A DNA stretch of 55,131 bases from SAR86 cluster bacterium (lineage in GTDB: Bacteria > Pseudomonadota > Gammaproteobacteria > Magnimaribacterales > D2472), in contig QOPC01000003.1 of NCBI GenBank assembly GCA_003331545.1, positions 1 to 55,131 on the forward strand, read 5' to 3'. Position numbers and translations under genes: made by a program. The notes beneath the pieces are model-generated. The model did not search any database and was not told where the DNA came from. It saw only the letters and a program-made list of their open reading frames with translations. This document shows, piece by piece, positions 35,385-44,934 of this stretch; the first letter of the stretch is position 1, and every line of letters begins with the position of its first letter.

Positions 35385-36788
35385 CTATTTCACCCTGTTT
35401 GTTTGAGGCTGGATAATACCCAAATCAAAATCAGTAATTGGTTGAATTTTAGGGTTATCAATATCAAATGCCACAGCGCCGTCAATTAAAACCTTTTCGG
35501 CTCTGGAGTAGACACTGAATGGATCTCCAGACCAAAGAACTACATCAGCATCTTTGCCAATTTCTATGCTGCCTGTCTGATCAAGTATTCCCGCAGCTTT
35601 AGCAGGATTACTTGTAATCCATCGCATTGCGTGGGCTTTTGAAATTTCATAACCTGCCCTATTACCTGCAGCCATAGCTTTAGCTGCTTCTTGATTAAGA
35701 TGTTGAATTCCGACCTCATCATCAGAATGGACAATTGCACATCCTGTTCCATTTCTAGCTTGATCAATAATCGCTACATTTGCCTGTACCATATCGTACG
35801 CTTCATGTTTGAAACCCCACCAATCTGCCCATAAGGCAGCACAAATTCCCTCGTCAGCTAACAGATCTGCTATCTTATAGGCTTCAACAGCATGGTGAAA
35901 AGCAGTAATCTTGTAGTTAAATTCTCTAGACATCTCAATCATTAAAGCCATTTCCTCAGCACGATAGCAATGATTCTGAATTAGAATTTCTCCATTTAAG
36001 ACTCCCATTAATGTATCCATAGCTAAATCTCTAGTGGGTCGACTATCTGAGTTTTCTGCATTCATTCCATCAGTATATTCAACAGCATCTATCCAAGTAC
36101 TCCTGTAACCTGCCATATTGCCCATTCTTGTTGCAGGAGATTGTCCACGGCTTCCATAGACTCTTTTTGGATTTTCGCCACAAGCCATTTTTAGTGAATG
36201 TGGTGCGCCTGGGAATTTCATTGCTTGAATAGTATTTTGAGAAATATTTTTAAAAGTTGCTCCTCTGCCACCAAATAAATTAGCAGACCCAGGTAATACA
36301 TGAAAAGCAGTAACTCCCCCTTTTAATGCAAGAGCGAATTGAGGGTCTTGAGTCCACAACGAATGTTCAGCCCAAACCTCTGCTGTAACTGGAGAAGTTG
36401 CTTCATTACCATCAGAACTGGTAGAGACTCCTGGAGCAGAATAAACTCCCATATGAGAGTGAATATCAATTATCCCTGGAGTCAGCCATTTGTTGGTAGC
36501 ATCAATGATCAATGCCTCTGCAGCAGTCAAAGATTTTCCAATTTCAATAATTTTTCCATCAGAAAGCAACAAATCATAATCTTTGAGCTCCCCTCCTAAA
36601 CCGTCGTAAATATTAGCTGATTTAAAAAGTATAGGCTCTGAGTTCATTGGCTTGTATGTTGAAGCAAATGCGTCATCAATTCCTGGATTGATTGACTGGG
36701 ACTCTCCGAACGAAACATCGATATCAAAACTTTCAGAACAACTTATAAAAGTAAAAAGCAGTATGGACAGAAGTACTTTGTTTTTCAT
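35385..36788 (-). CDS. amidohydrolase-superfamily lipoprotein (periplasmic dipeptidase/carboxypeptidase-like)
   Basis: 467 aa with a lipobox-like LLFTFISCS. It has PGIIDIHSHMG (HxH), FHHAVE, IVHSDD and GSIEIGKDADVVLWSGDP. Confidence 0.8.
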   Translation of the reverse strand: MKNKVLLSILLFTFISCSESFDIDVSFGESQSINPGIDDAFASTYKPMNSEPILFKSANIYDGLGGELKDYDLLLSDGKIIEIGKSLTAAEALIIDATNKWLTPGIIDIHSHMGVYSAPGVSTSSDGNEATSPVTAEVWAEHSLWTQDPQFALALKGGVTAFHVLPGSANLFGGRGATFKNISQNTIQAMKFPGAPHSLKMACGENPKRVYGSRGQSPATRMGNMAGYRSTWIDAVEYTDGMNAENSDSRPTRDLAMDTLMGVLNGEILIQNHCYRAEEMALMIEMSREFNYKITAFHHAVEAYKIADLLADEGICAALWADWWGFKHEAYDMVQANVAIIDQARNGTGCAIVHSDDEVGIQHLNQEAAKAMAAGNRAGYEISKAHAMRWITSNPAKAAGILDQTGSIEIGKDADVVLWSGDPFSVYSRAEKVLIDGAVAFDIDNPKIQPITDFDLGIIQPQTNRVK

Positions 36789-36845
36789 AATAGATTTTTC
36801 CCCTTACAAAGATTATAGGACCATTTAAAGAGATATAATATTGGT

Positions 36846-37550
36846 ATGACAAGAAAAAATGATAGATCAAATGACGAAATGAGGTTTGTGGAGATCGAAG
36901 TTGGTGTGAACAAACATGCAGAAGGCTCAGCTCTGATTAAATTTGGAGATACCCATGTGATTTGCACCGCAAGCATTGAAAATCACGTCCCTAGATGGAT
37001 GAGGGGTTCAAATGAAGGTTGGATTACTGCTGAGTATGGCATGCTGCCGCGCTCAACTCATGAAAGAATGAATAGAGAATCAACTAGAGGCAAACAAAGT
37101 GGCAGAACCATGGAAATCCAAAGATTAATTGGTAGATCATTAAGGCAAGCTGTCGATTTAAAATATTTGAAAGATAAGACAATCAACATAGATTGTGATG
37201 TTATTCAAGCAGATGGGGGAACAAGAACTGCATCCATCTCAGGGGCATGCGTAGCTTTGTTTGAAGCTATCAAAAATTCTCATGATGACCAACGAGCAAT
37301 AAAGGAATACGTTGCTGCTGTCTCCATTGGGTTGAAAGATGGTCGCCCCCTTTTAGATTTAGACTACGAGGAAGATAGTTCTGCAGATACGGACTTAAAC
37401 GTAGTAATGACCGAAAGTGGAGGAATAATTGAAATCCAAGGAACAGCAGAAAAATATCCTTTCACAAAAGATCAACTTGATGAAATGATTGCATCAGCTT
37501 CAATGGGGATCAAAGATATAGTAAGTTTTCAAAAATCATGTCTGAATTAA
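36846..37550 (+). CDS. rph: ribonuclease PH
   Basis: 234 aa. [48 protein letters not shown]. Confidence 0.95.
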   Translation: MTRKNDRSNDEMRFVEIEVGVNKHAEGSALIKFGDTHVICTASIENHVPRWMRGSNEGWITAEYGMLPRSTHERMNRESTRGKQSGRTMEIQRLIGRSLRQAVDLKYLKDKTINIDCDVIQADGGTRTASISGACVALFEAIKNSHDDQRAIKEYVAAVSIGLKDGRPLLDLDYEEDSSADTDLNVVMTESGGIIEIQGTAEKYPFTKDQLDEMIASASMGIKDIVSFQKSCLN

Positions 37551-38185
37551 AGAGTTTTCAGAAAACTTTTATTGATTTGGCATTGCAATCAAATGCCCTA
37601 GAATTTGGTAAATTTATTCTCAAATCCGGAAGAGAGAGTCCATATTTTTTTAATGCAGCAAAAATGTTAAATGGCTGTGATCTTGATAGCTTAGCTAATT
37701 GTTATGTAGACGCAATTGAAGATTCTAATATGGAATTCGACTGTATTTATGGTCCAGCATATAAAGGCATTTTTTTAGGATCAATTGTTGCAGTGATATA
37801 TAGTCAAAAGGGTTCGCCTTACCCGCTCTCATTTAATAGAAAAGAAATGAAAGATCATGGGGAAGGCGGCAATATCATTGGAGCTGATCCAATCGGTAAC
37901 GTAATGATTATTGATGATGTGTTGTCGGCTGGCACAGCCGCAAGGGAGTCTATCAAACTCATAGAAAGCATGAATGCAAAAGCTAAATTTTTTGTTATAG
38001 GACTGGATAGACAAGAAAAGGGAAATGGTGATAAATCAGCAAAAACAGAACTCGAGGAGGGTTTTGGTATTAATATCGTATCTATAATAGATTTAAATGC
38101 TCTCATAGAATTTTCTTCAAATAATCAAAATTTTCACTCTCATGTTAATGAGCTTGAGCAATATAGAAATACCTGGGGTGCCTAA
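37538..38185 (+). CDS. pyrE: orotate phosphoribosyltransferase
   Basis: 215 aa. [36 protein letters not shown]. Confidence 0.93.
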   Translation: MSELKSFQKTFIDLALQSNALEFGKFILKSGRESPYFFNAAKMLNGCDLDSLANCYVDAIEDSNMEFDCIYGPAYKGIFLGSIVAVIYSQKGSPYPLSFNRKEMKDHGEGGNIIGADPIGNVMIIDDVLSAGTAARESIKLIESMNAKAKFFVIGLDRQEKGNGDKSAKTELEEGFGINIVSIIDLNALIEFSSNNQNFHSHVNELEQYRNTWGA

Positions 38186-38796
38186 TGTTTACTGGAATAG
38201 TTAGTGGCAAGGGCAGCATTCAAAAAATTCTGCAAAATGAAGATTACACATCATTGGTAATTAAGGCTCAAAAAGGCTTTTCTAAAAATTTAAAAAAAGG
38301 AGCAAGCGTCTCGGTAAATGGGGTATGTCTAACCGTAAAAAGGGGGAACGTAGATAACTTGGAGTTTGATGTTATTGAGGAAACTCTTGATAAAACCAAT
38401 TTAAAAAATATCGCAAGATTAAGTAAAGTTAACTTAGAGAGGTCTATGACCGCAAAAACAGAAATTGGAGGACATCTAGTGTCTGGTCATATTCATGGGA
38501 CTGGAAAAGTCTTAAAAGTGCTTGATAGGAAAGAAACAAAAGACCTTCAAATTCAAATACCTAAAAGCTTAAGAGATTACTTTTTTTATAAAGGCTATGT
38601 TGCCCTAAATGGCTGCAGTCTCACAATTGGCAAAGTTCTTAAATCATCATTTTACATTCACCTAATCCCTGAAACTGTATCAGTGACTACTTTTAAAGAA
38701 ATAAAAAAAGGAGATCTAATTAATATTGAGGTTGAGCAAGCAACAATTAATACTGTTGAAACAGTAAAGAGAGTTATGCTTGAGAAAAAAGTTTAG
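38185..38796 (+). CDS. ribE: riboflavin synthase (alpha chain)
   Basis: 203 aa. MFTGIV.G.G.I, two lumazine-binding repeats (SVNGVCLTV / ALNGCSLTI) and NLER. Confidence 0.9.
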   Translation: MFTGIVSGKGSIQKILQNEDYTSLVIKAQKGFSKNLKKGASVSVNGVCLTVKRGNVDNLEFDVIEETLDKTNLKNIARLSKVNLERSMTAKTEIGGHLVSGHIHGTGKVLKVLDRKETKDLQIQIPKSLRDYFFYKGYVALNGCSLTIGKVLKSSFYIHLIPETVSVTTFKEIKKGDLINIEVEQATINTVETVKRVMLEKKV

Positions 38797-39688
38797 TTAA
38801 AACCGCCATTCTAAGTCCAACTCCATTAAAAATCTGGTTCCTAATTTTACAATTTTCTAATTCAGCTGCTTCTTTACTTAATTCGATTCCGAAGTTTACT
38901 GGTCCAGGGTGCAAAAGAATCATTTCAGGATCTGCGACCTGAAGAGAGTCAACGTTAATTTGATACCTATCAACATAATCTTTTGCTCCAATAGAAAGTT
39001 TCTCTGATAACCTTTCATTTTGAATTCTCAATGCCATGACAACATCAGCATTTTGTAATGCCGTTTCTAATTCAGGTTCAAAATTACCGATTGAGCTCTC
39101 AATAAAATTTTTACAAAGATCCGGATGCCCACAAAAAGTTATACTCTTAAAATCCATAATTTGAATTGCTTCTAAGAAAGAGTTGACCACGCGAGAATGG
39201 TCAAGATCGCCAACAATGGTAATCTTGAGATTTTCAAATTTTTCTTTTGATTCACTAATTGTCATCAAGTCAATTAAACTTTGTGTGGGATGAGAAATTG
39301 AACCTTCCCCAGCATTTATGAATTGCATATTGGTAAAATTTTTTGCAAAGTCATGAATAACTGATTCGGTATGACGCAGAATACATAAATCAACTCCCAT
39401 CATCTCCATAGCATCTAGAGTATCTTCTAAAGTTTCTCCTTTCTGCATAGAAGAGTTCGCTAAATCGAAATCTATAAATTTTGCACCTAGGTTATGTGCT
39501 GCAATTTCAAAAGATAGTTTTGTTCGTGTACTTGGCTCACAGAAGATAGATACAATTTTTTTATCAGGAAACAGATTTTCATTTCGGTAATCTAGGCAAT
39601 CTTCTGACTTAAAATTATTGGCAAGCTCAATTAAGTCAAGAATATCTTTCTTGGAAAGCTCTGAAACATTAATTAGGTTTTTTGACAT
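38774..39688 (-). CDS. pyrB: aspartate carbamoyltransferase catalytic subunit
   Basis: 304 aa. EPSTRTKLSFE, HPTQ.L.D, HPGP. Confidence 0.93.
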   Translation of the reverse strand: MSKNLINVSELSKKDILDLIELANNFKSEDCLDYRNENLFPDKKIVSIFCEPSTRTKLSFEIAAHNLGAKFIDFDLANSSMQKGETLEDTLDAMEMMGVDLCILRHTESVIHDFAKNFTNMQFINAGEGSISHPTQSLIDLMTISESKEKFENLKITIVGDLDHSRVVNSFLEAIQIMDFKSITFCGHPDLCKNFIESSIGNFEPELETALQNADVVMALRIQNERLSEKLSIGAKDYVDRYQINVDSLQVADPEMILLHPGPVNFGIELSKEAAELENCKIRNQIFNGVGLRMAVLTKLFSQA

Positions 39689-40071
39689 TAAACTTGTATT
39701 GATAAGATTGCGTCCATTTCAATATCTACACCTTTAGGCAGCTTTGAAATCTCCAGAGTTGCTCTTGCAGGAAAAGGCTCTGAAAATCTTTTCATCATAA
39801 TGGCATTTACTTGATCAAATTTAGATAGATCAGTTAAAAAGATTGTCAATTTAAGAATATGATCTAAATCTCCTCCTGCTTCATTGCATATAGCTTCAAG
39901 ATTGTCTATCACTTGAGTTGCTTGATCATTAAAAGTTTGGTTATTAAGTTCTCCGGTAGATGGAATAAGGGGTATTTGCCCAGAAATAAAAACAACATCT
40001 CCCCATTGAATAGCTTGCGAGTATGGGCCGATTGCAGCTGGAGCCTTATTTGTAAAAATTGGTTTTTTCAT
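39688..40071 (-). CDS. ridA: RidA/YjgF-family enamine/imine deaminase
   Basis: KAPAAIGPYSQA...VFISGQIP...PARATLEISKLPKGVDIEMDAI. ATG 40071 (MKKPIF) is preferred over ORF-track 40095. Confidence 0.85.
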   Translation of the reverse strand: MKKPIFTNKAPAAIGPYSQAIQWGDVVFISGQIPLIPSTGELNNQTFNDQATQVIDNLEAICNEAGGDLDHILKLTIFLTDLSKFDQVNAIMMKRFSEPFPARATLEISKLPKGVDIEMDAILSIQV

Positions 40072-42268
40072 TTTTTGTTTTGGCATCATTAACAATTCTT
40101 GAACAACTTGTTACATATCGGAGTGAGCGTAATTTTACCATCAATTTATTTAATGAGTTTGTATTAAGAACCTCTACCTCTACAACAAACTCTATAATCA
40201 TTGCATCAATGTCCCTACTTTGAATGTTTACAATATTTAAATTAGATTTTGTAAAAATAGATGCAATGTCAGCTAATATCCCAGGTCTATCTTCTGCATG
40301 AATCTTTAGATGGCCTTTGTAATGCAATTCTTTTTTATCAGTGCCCCACATCGCAGGAAGATATCTTGAGGACAATGCATGACTTCTGTGCGGTGTTACC
40401 TGCCTGCATCTTGCATGATGAATAACTATCCCCCTGTCAGTATCAGAATGAGCAGTAATTGGATCCCCATGAATAGGCATGCAACATTTTGCATAGATAA
40501 CCGAAACGCCCTCTATCTGATGATCGGCAAGAATCATTGCTTTAATTTTAGATGTCTTATTTTTTCTAATTTTTAAGGCTGAAAAAAATCTTTCGGCAAC
40601 AAGTGCCCCTGTTTTTTTTCCAGACCCTAAATCTGTCAATAGCTCGTTTAATGATGTAACTCCGATTACTTCCAAAATTTTGGACATCATACTGCCACGA
40701 TATTGATCAAGACTAACTCCTCCCCTTTTCAATTCACTTTCAAGCATTAACTTGCCAGCTTTTCTAGATTGAGAAATTTTTTGATTACGAAGTGCTGATC
40801 TAATTGATGATCGAGCTTTGCTGGTCACAACAAAGTTTAGCCATTCAGGAGTTACTTCGTGATTTTCTGAAGTTATTATTTCTATAGATTGTCCATTTTC
40901 TAAACGGATGTTTAAAGGTGCATATTTTCTATTTACCTTGCATGCAATTGCCTTATTACCTAATTCTGTGTGAAGCTCATACGCAAGATCTATCGGTGTA
41001 GAACCAGCTTTCAAATTAACAATGTTGCCAGCCGGAGTGAACACATATACTTCGTCATAAACAAGATCGGTTTTGATTGCTTCAACAAATTCATGCGAAT
41101 CGATTGATGCTTTATTAAGATCAGTAAAACTTTCTATCCATTTCTTTGCCCCAATTGATTCAGAGTCAACACTATCTTTTGTTTTGTATGACCAATGAGC
41201 TGAAATACCTGTTTGAGCTATTATCTCCATGCTTTTTGTCTGAATTTGAACCTCAATTGGAACCCCATCAAGCGCTATGAGTGAGGTATGTATTGCCTGA
41301 TAGCCATTTGTTTTTGGAATCGCAATATAATCTTTAAATTTCTTTCCAATTGGTTTGTGGATATTGTGAATAACTCCTAAAGATCTGTATGCATCATCTA
41401 CTGAATTTACAATTACTCTAAATGCATGAACATCAAGTATTTCGGAAAAAGGTTTTTTCTTATGTTTAATTTTTTTATAAAGGCTATAAAGAGATTTCTG
41501 TCTGCCTTTAACAGTAGCTAAAATATCGCTATTTTTTAGGTGATACTTAAATTGTTTTCGCAATTTTGAAATAATTCTTTTTCTTCCCCCTACAGATTGT
41601 TTAACAGCCGACTCCAGCATTAAGGCTCGGGTCGGATGCAAACATTTAAAAGCTAAATCCTCAAGCTCAATTCGAATGTTCTGCATACCAATTCTGATGG
41701 CGATTGGACCATATAAATCTAGCGTTTCTAAAGATTTGCTAATTTGTTTCTCTCTGGGTAAAAACTCAATTGTTCTCATGTTATGAAGACGATCGCATAA
41801 CTTGACAATAATCACTCTTATATCTTTAGACATGGCCAAAGCCATCTTTTGAAGGTTGTTGGCATTGCGATCTTCAATGCTATCAAAATCTAATTTATTT
41901 AAATTACTTACTCCGTCTACTATAGCCACTACGTCTTTACCAAAAAGTTTTTCTAAGTAAGATTTTTTAATAAAACTGTCTTCTAATACATCATGCATTA
42001 GTCCTGCACATACGGTTTCAATATCTAAATGTAGTTCAATTAATATTGTGGCAACTGCTACGGGATGAGAAATGTAAGGTGATCCTTCTTTTCTTAGCTG
42101 GCCCTTGTGAGCCTCAAAAGCAACATTATAAGCAGTTTGCAATAGATCTAATTCTTTCTTCGAAAAATAAACTTTTGCAGATTTATAAAGTTGATTGGGG
42201 ACTGGAGAAAGAAGATTTCTGTTAGAGAAATCTAAAATAACTTGATTAGGTAAAACCTGGTCACTCAA
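40046..42268 (-). CDS. spoT: bifunctional (p)ppGpp synthetase/hydrolase SpoT
   Basis: 740 aa. It has an HD hydrolase domain (YISHPVAVA...HDVLED), a synthetase domain (YQAIHT), and TGS and ACT-like C-terminal domains. It is downstream of rpoZ. Confidence 0.93.
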   Translation of the reverse strand: MSDQVLPNQVILDFSNRNLLSPVPNQLYKSAKVYFSKKELDLLQTAYNVAFEAHKGQLRKEGSPYISHPVAVATILIELHLDIETVCAGLMHDVLEDSFIKKSYLEKLFGKDVVAIVDGVSNLNKLDFDSIEDRNANNLQKMALAMSKDIRVIIVKLCDRLHNMRTIEFLPREKQISKSLETLDLYGPIAIRIGMQNIRIELEDLAFKCLHPTRALMLESAVKQSVGGRKRIISKLRKQFKYHLKNSDILATVKGRQKSLYSLYKKIKHKKKPFSEILDVHAFRVIVNSVDDAYRSLGVIHNIHKPIGKKFKDYIAIPKTNGYQAIHTSLIALDGVPIEVQIQTKSMEIIAQTGISAHWSYKTKDSVDSESIGAKKWIESFTDLNKASIDSHEFVEAIKTDLVYDEVYVFTPAGNIVNLKAGSTPIDLAYELHTELGNKAIACKVNRKYAPLNIRLENGQSIEIITSENHEVTPEWLNFVVTSKARSSIRSALRNQKISQSRKAGKLMLESELKRGGVSLDQYRGSMMSKILEVIGVTSLNELLTDLGSGKKTGALVAERFFSALKIRKNKTSKIKAMILADHQIEGVSVIYAKCCMPIHGDPITAHSDTDRGIVIHHARCRQVTPHRSHALSSRYLPAMWGTDKKELHYKGHLKIHAEDRPGILADIASIFTKSNLNIVNIQSRDIDAMIIEFVVEVEVLNTNSLNKLMVKLRSLRYVTSCSRIVNDAKTKNEKTNFYK

Positions 42269-42289
42269 TTAAAAGCTCCAGGATAGACA

Positions 42290-42562
42290 TTAGCCAATAA
42301 TTTGGTCTTGCGGTTTTTCTCTATCAATGGCAAATTCATCTAATAATACGTCTTCTTCAAGAGTTTGATCTAGGATCTCTCTAGTGATTAATCCTTCTTC
42401 GATCTCTCTTAAAGCAACAATAGTAGGTTTATCATCTTCCCACTCTACCATTGGTTCTCTGCTTGTTGTTGAAAGTTGTCTTGCTCTTCCAGAAGCCAAC
42501 AGGATTAATTCAAATCTGCTTTGGACTTTATCTAAACAACCTTCTACTGTAATTCTAGCCAT
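42290..42562 (-). CDS. rpoZ: RNA polymerase omega subunit
   Basis: 90 aa. MARITVE.CL....RFEL.L.A..RARQL. Confidence 0.93.
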   Translation of the reverse strand: MARITVEGCLDKVQSRFELILLASGRARQLSTTSREPMVEWEDDKPTIVALREIEEGLITREILDQTLEEDVLLDEFAIDREKPQDQIIG

Positions 42563-42600
42563 AATGTTTTCTCCGAGGGCGTATTTTAGTGTTTATTTGC

Positions 42601-43230
42601 CTAATAAGACAATAGCTGGGACAAAAACTGTTCAACTTCTTCAGTGTTTTTACTATTTATTGGACTTTCTTGAGCAATAATCTGCAAAAGTTCTTTGGAA
42701 GCCTTTTCAAATGAGTCATTAATGATTATGTGCTTATATTCCTTTGCATAGGCTAATTCATCTTTTGCATTTTTTAATCTTAAATTAATTGCCTCTGTAT
42801 CATCATCTCCTCTGGTTTCAATTCTTTTTTCAAGCGAATGGATCGAGGGAGGCAAAATAAATATAGAATCATAGCTTAGAGAAAGGTCATCGATTTGACG
42901 AAATCCTTGTACATCTATTTCAAGAATTAGGTTAATGCCTGCATTTAGCTTTGATTCAACGAAATCTAAAGAAGTGCCATACCAATTCCCGTGCACCTGA
43001 GCATGTTCAAGAAAGAAACCAGAATTTTTTTTATCTAAAAATTCATCGTTGGATATGAAGAAGTACTCGTGGGCATTTAACTCTCCTTTTCTTGGTTCTC
43101 TTGTTGTGTAAGAAATAGATAATTCTAGAGGTAAATTTGAGTCACCAGATATTTCTAAGACTTTATTGATTAACGATGACTTGCCTGCTCCAGATGGAGC
43201 GGAAACTAAAAAAAGTTTTGAATCATTCAT
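42601..43230 (-). CDS. gmk: guanylate kinase
   Basis: 209 aa. SAPSGAGKSSL, TTR.PR.GE..G..Y.F. Confidence 0.93.
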   Translation of the reverse strand: MNDSKLFLVSAPSGAGKSSLINKVLEISGDSNLPLELSISYTTREPRKGELNAHEYFFISNDEFLDKKNSGFFLEHAQVHGNWYGTSLDFVESKLNAGINLILEIDVQGFRQIDDLSLSYDSIFILPPSIHSLEKRIETRGDDDTEAINLRLKNAKDELAYAKEYKHIIINDSFEKASKELLQIIAQESPINSKNTEEVEQFLSQLLSY

Positions 43231-44108
43231 TATTCTAAATTTTGAGCCTGCTCGCGTAACTCCTCAACTTTTAATTTCATTGTGAGGGCTAAATCTTTTA
43301 AATCTGATTTCTCAATCTTAACCGAAAGAGTATTAACTTCTCTAAACAATTCCTGAAGTATAAAGTCCATTTTTTTCCCATGTGCATTTTTTAACATAAA
43401 TAATTTATTTAAAGACTCAAGATGAAAGCTTATCCTTTCAAGTTCCTCTGCAATATCATGCTTGAGGGCTATATTAGATAGCTCATTCGCAATTTCATCT
43501 TTGCTGATATCTATATTTTTTTGAATAAATTTTTTCTTGATAGTCGAGGTTCTATGCTTGAGAAGAGATGATGCTGATTTTTGCAGTCTTCGATGTGCAT
43601 TTTTTAAAAATAGGGTTTTAGCAAGAATAATTTTTTCAGTCTTTTTACCCTCCCTGGCTCTCGATTCTACTAAGTTTTTTATTGCTATGTTAATAGCTTT
43701 CTTACCTAAAAACGAAATGTCTTTTTTTGAGGTTTGTACTGCCAATAAGCCAGGTATATCTCTTAGGTCACTTAATTTCAAGTTCAAATGTTTAAAATCC
43801 TTGCTTGCTTTAAGGGTCTTTTTTAAATTGTTTATGCTTTGTAGATTCAGTTCATATGAATGTTCCGATTGGAAATTATCATGAATCTTTATTTCAAATG
43901 AACCTCTCAAAAATTTTTTCTTTATTTGATTTTTAATGTACTCCTCTAAATCATTTGGAAGGCTGTAACCTCTAAATGAAATATCGATAAACCTGTTATT
44001 TACTGACTTAATTTCACATAACACCTCCATTTTTTTTGAGGTCGCTTGTCCTGCTCCGTAACCTGTCATGCTGTAAAACATTTTATTCTCTAGCTCCATT
44101 ACATTCAT
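43230..44108 (-). CDS. yicC: YicC-family stress-induced protein
   Basis: SMTGYG, SVN.RF.D, and a C-terminal REVNT...K...............KVE.E..REQ.QN.E. The true start may be ATG 44081 (MFYSMTGYG). Confidence 0.85.
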   Translation of the reverse strand: MNVMELENKMFYSMTGYGAGQATSKKMEVLCEIKSVNNRFIDISFRGYSLPNDLEEYIKNQIKKKFLRGSFEIKIHDNFQSEHSYELNLQSINNLKKTLKASKDFKHLNLKLSDLRDIPGLLAVQTSKKDISFLGKKAINIAIKNLVESRAREGKKTEKIILAKTLFLKNAHRRLQKSASSLLKHRTSTIKKKFIQKNIDISKDEIANELSNIALKHDIAEELERISFHLESLNKLFMLKNAHGKKMDFILQELFREVNTLSVKIEKSDLKDLALTMKLKVEELREQAQNLE

Positions 44109-44111
44109 TCA

Positions 44112-44891
44112 TTATCTCATCAATCCGCTATCAATTAACTTTTGTGGATTAAATGTTTTGCCAGTTTCATCTGAGGAAATAAAAAAATCGTCAAAGGAAT
44201 AGTCAGGACAAACATTAGAAAAGATTTCACTGTATTTAATGGCTGAATCACTGCAAATCAAGGGGCCAGTTACTTTTGAAAATTCTTTGTCTTGAATGTA
44301 GTTTTTAATTATCTTAGAAAGTTGGTCTCGATCAAACATATTGGCTTCAGCAAAGCGCAGAGGATATTTTTTTCCTTTAAAGGTTTGCACATGTTTTTGC
44401 ATCCAATGACTATGATTGTCGTATAAACCAGAGGGCCGCAAGATTAATGGTTCTACTTTTGCCTCTTTCGACACAAGCTCTTCATAATCTAAAATGATTT
44501 TTCCCTGTATATCATCTGGCAAAGGAAGGGTCGCTTCTGTTATGTCTCTTTTATTACCTAATCCATAAACCCTTGTTGAGCTTGTAATAACAAGTTGTTC
44601 GTAGCTAGTATTGCTATTTAAGAAATCCATAATTTTATTTGCTGAATCTAAAAATCCAGCCTGGTACCCTTCCATGTCTGGTGACGTTGGTTTTAAAATT
44701 AAAACAACAGTGGAAATAGTTTCAGCAGGTAGGATGAATCTTGATTCTTTAACCCAATCTCGCTCAACGAATTCAACATTTGGCAAATGAGCTGGCAAGC
44801 TTCTAGAAACTCCAATAAATTCTTGGTCAGGAAGTATGGAAGCTATGCGAACTCCGATGTCTCCATAACCTATAATTAAAACTTTTTTCAT
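44112..44891 (-). CDS. NAD(P)-binding Rossmann-fold protein (SDR/epimerase-like)
   Basis: MKKVLIIGYGDIG is a glycine-rich dinucleotide motif at the N-terminus. The ORF-track start at 44912 adds 7 residues. Confidence 0.55.
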   Translation of the reverse strand: MKKVLIIGYGDIGVRIASILPDQEFIGVSRSLPAHLPNVEFVERDWVKESRFILPAETISTVVLILKPTSPDMEGYQAGFLDSANKIMDFLNSNTSYEQLVITSSTRVYGLGNKRDITEATLPLPDDIQGKIILDYEELVSKEAKVEPLILRPSGLYDNHSHWMQKHVQTFKGKKYPLRFAEANMFDRDQLSKIIKNYIQDKEFSKVTGPLICSDSAIKYSEIFSNVCPDYSFDDFFISSDETGKTFNPQKLIDSGLMR

Positions 44892-44934
44892 ATATATGTT
44901 TCTAAAGTTCATATATTAAAAGTATTATCGTTAA

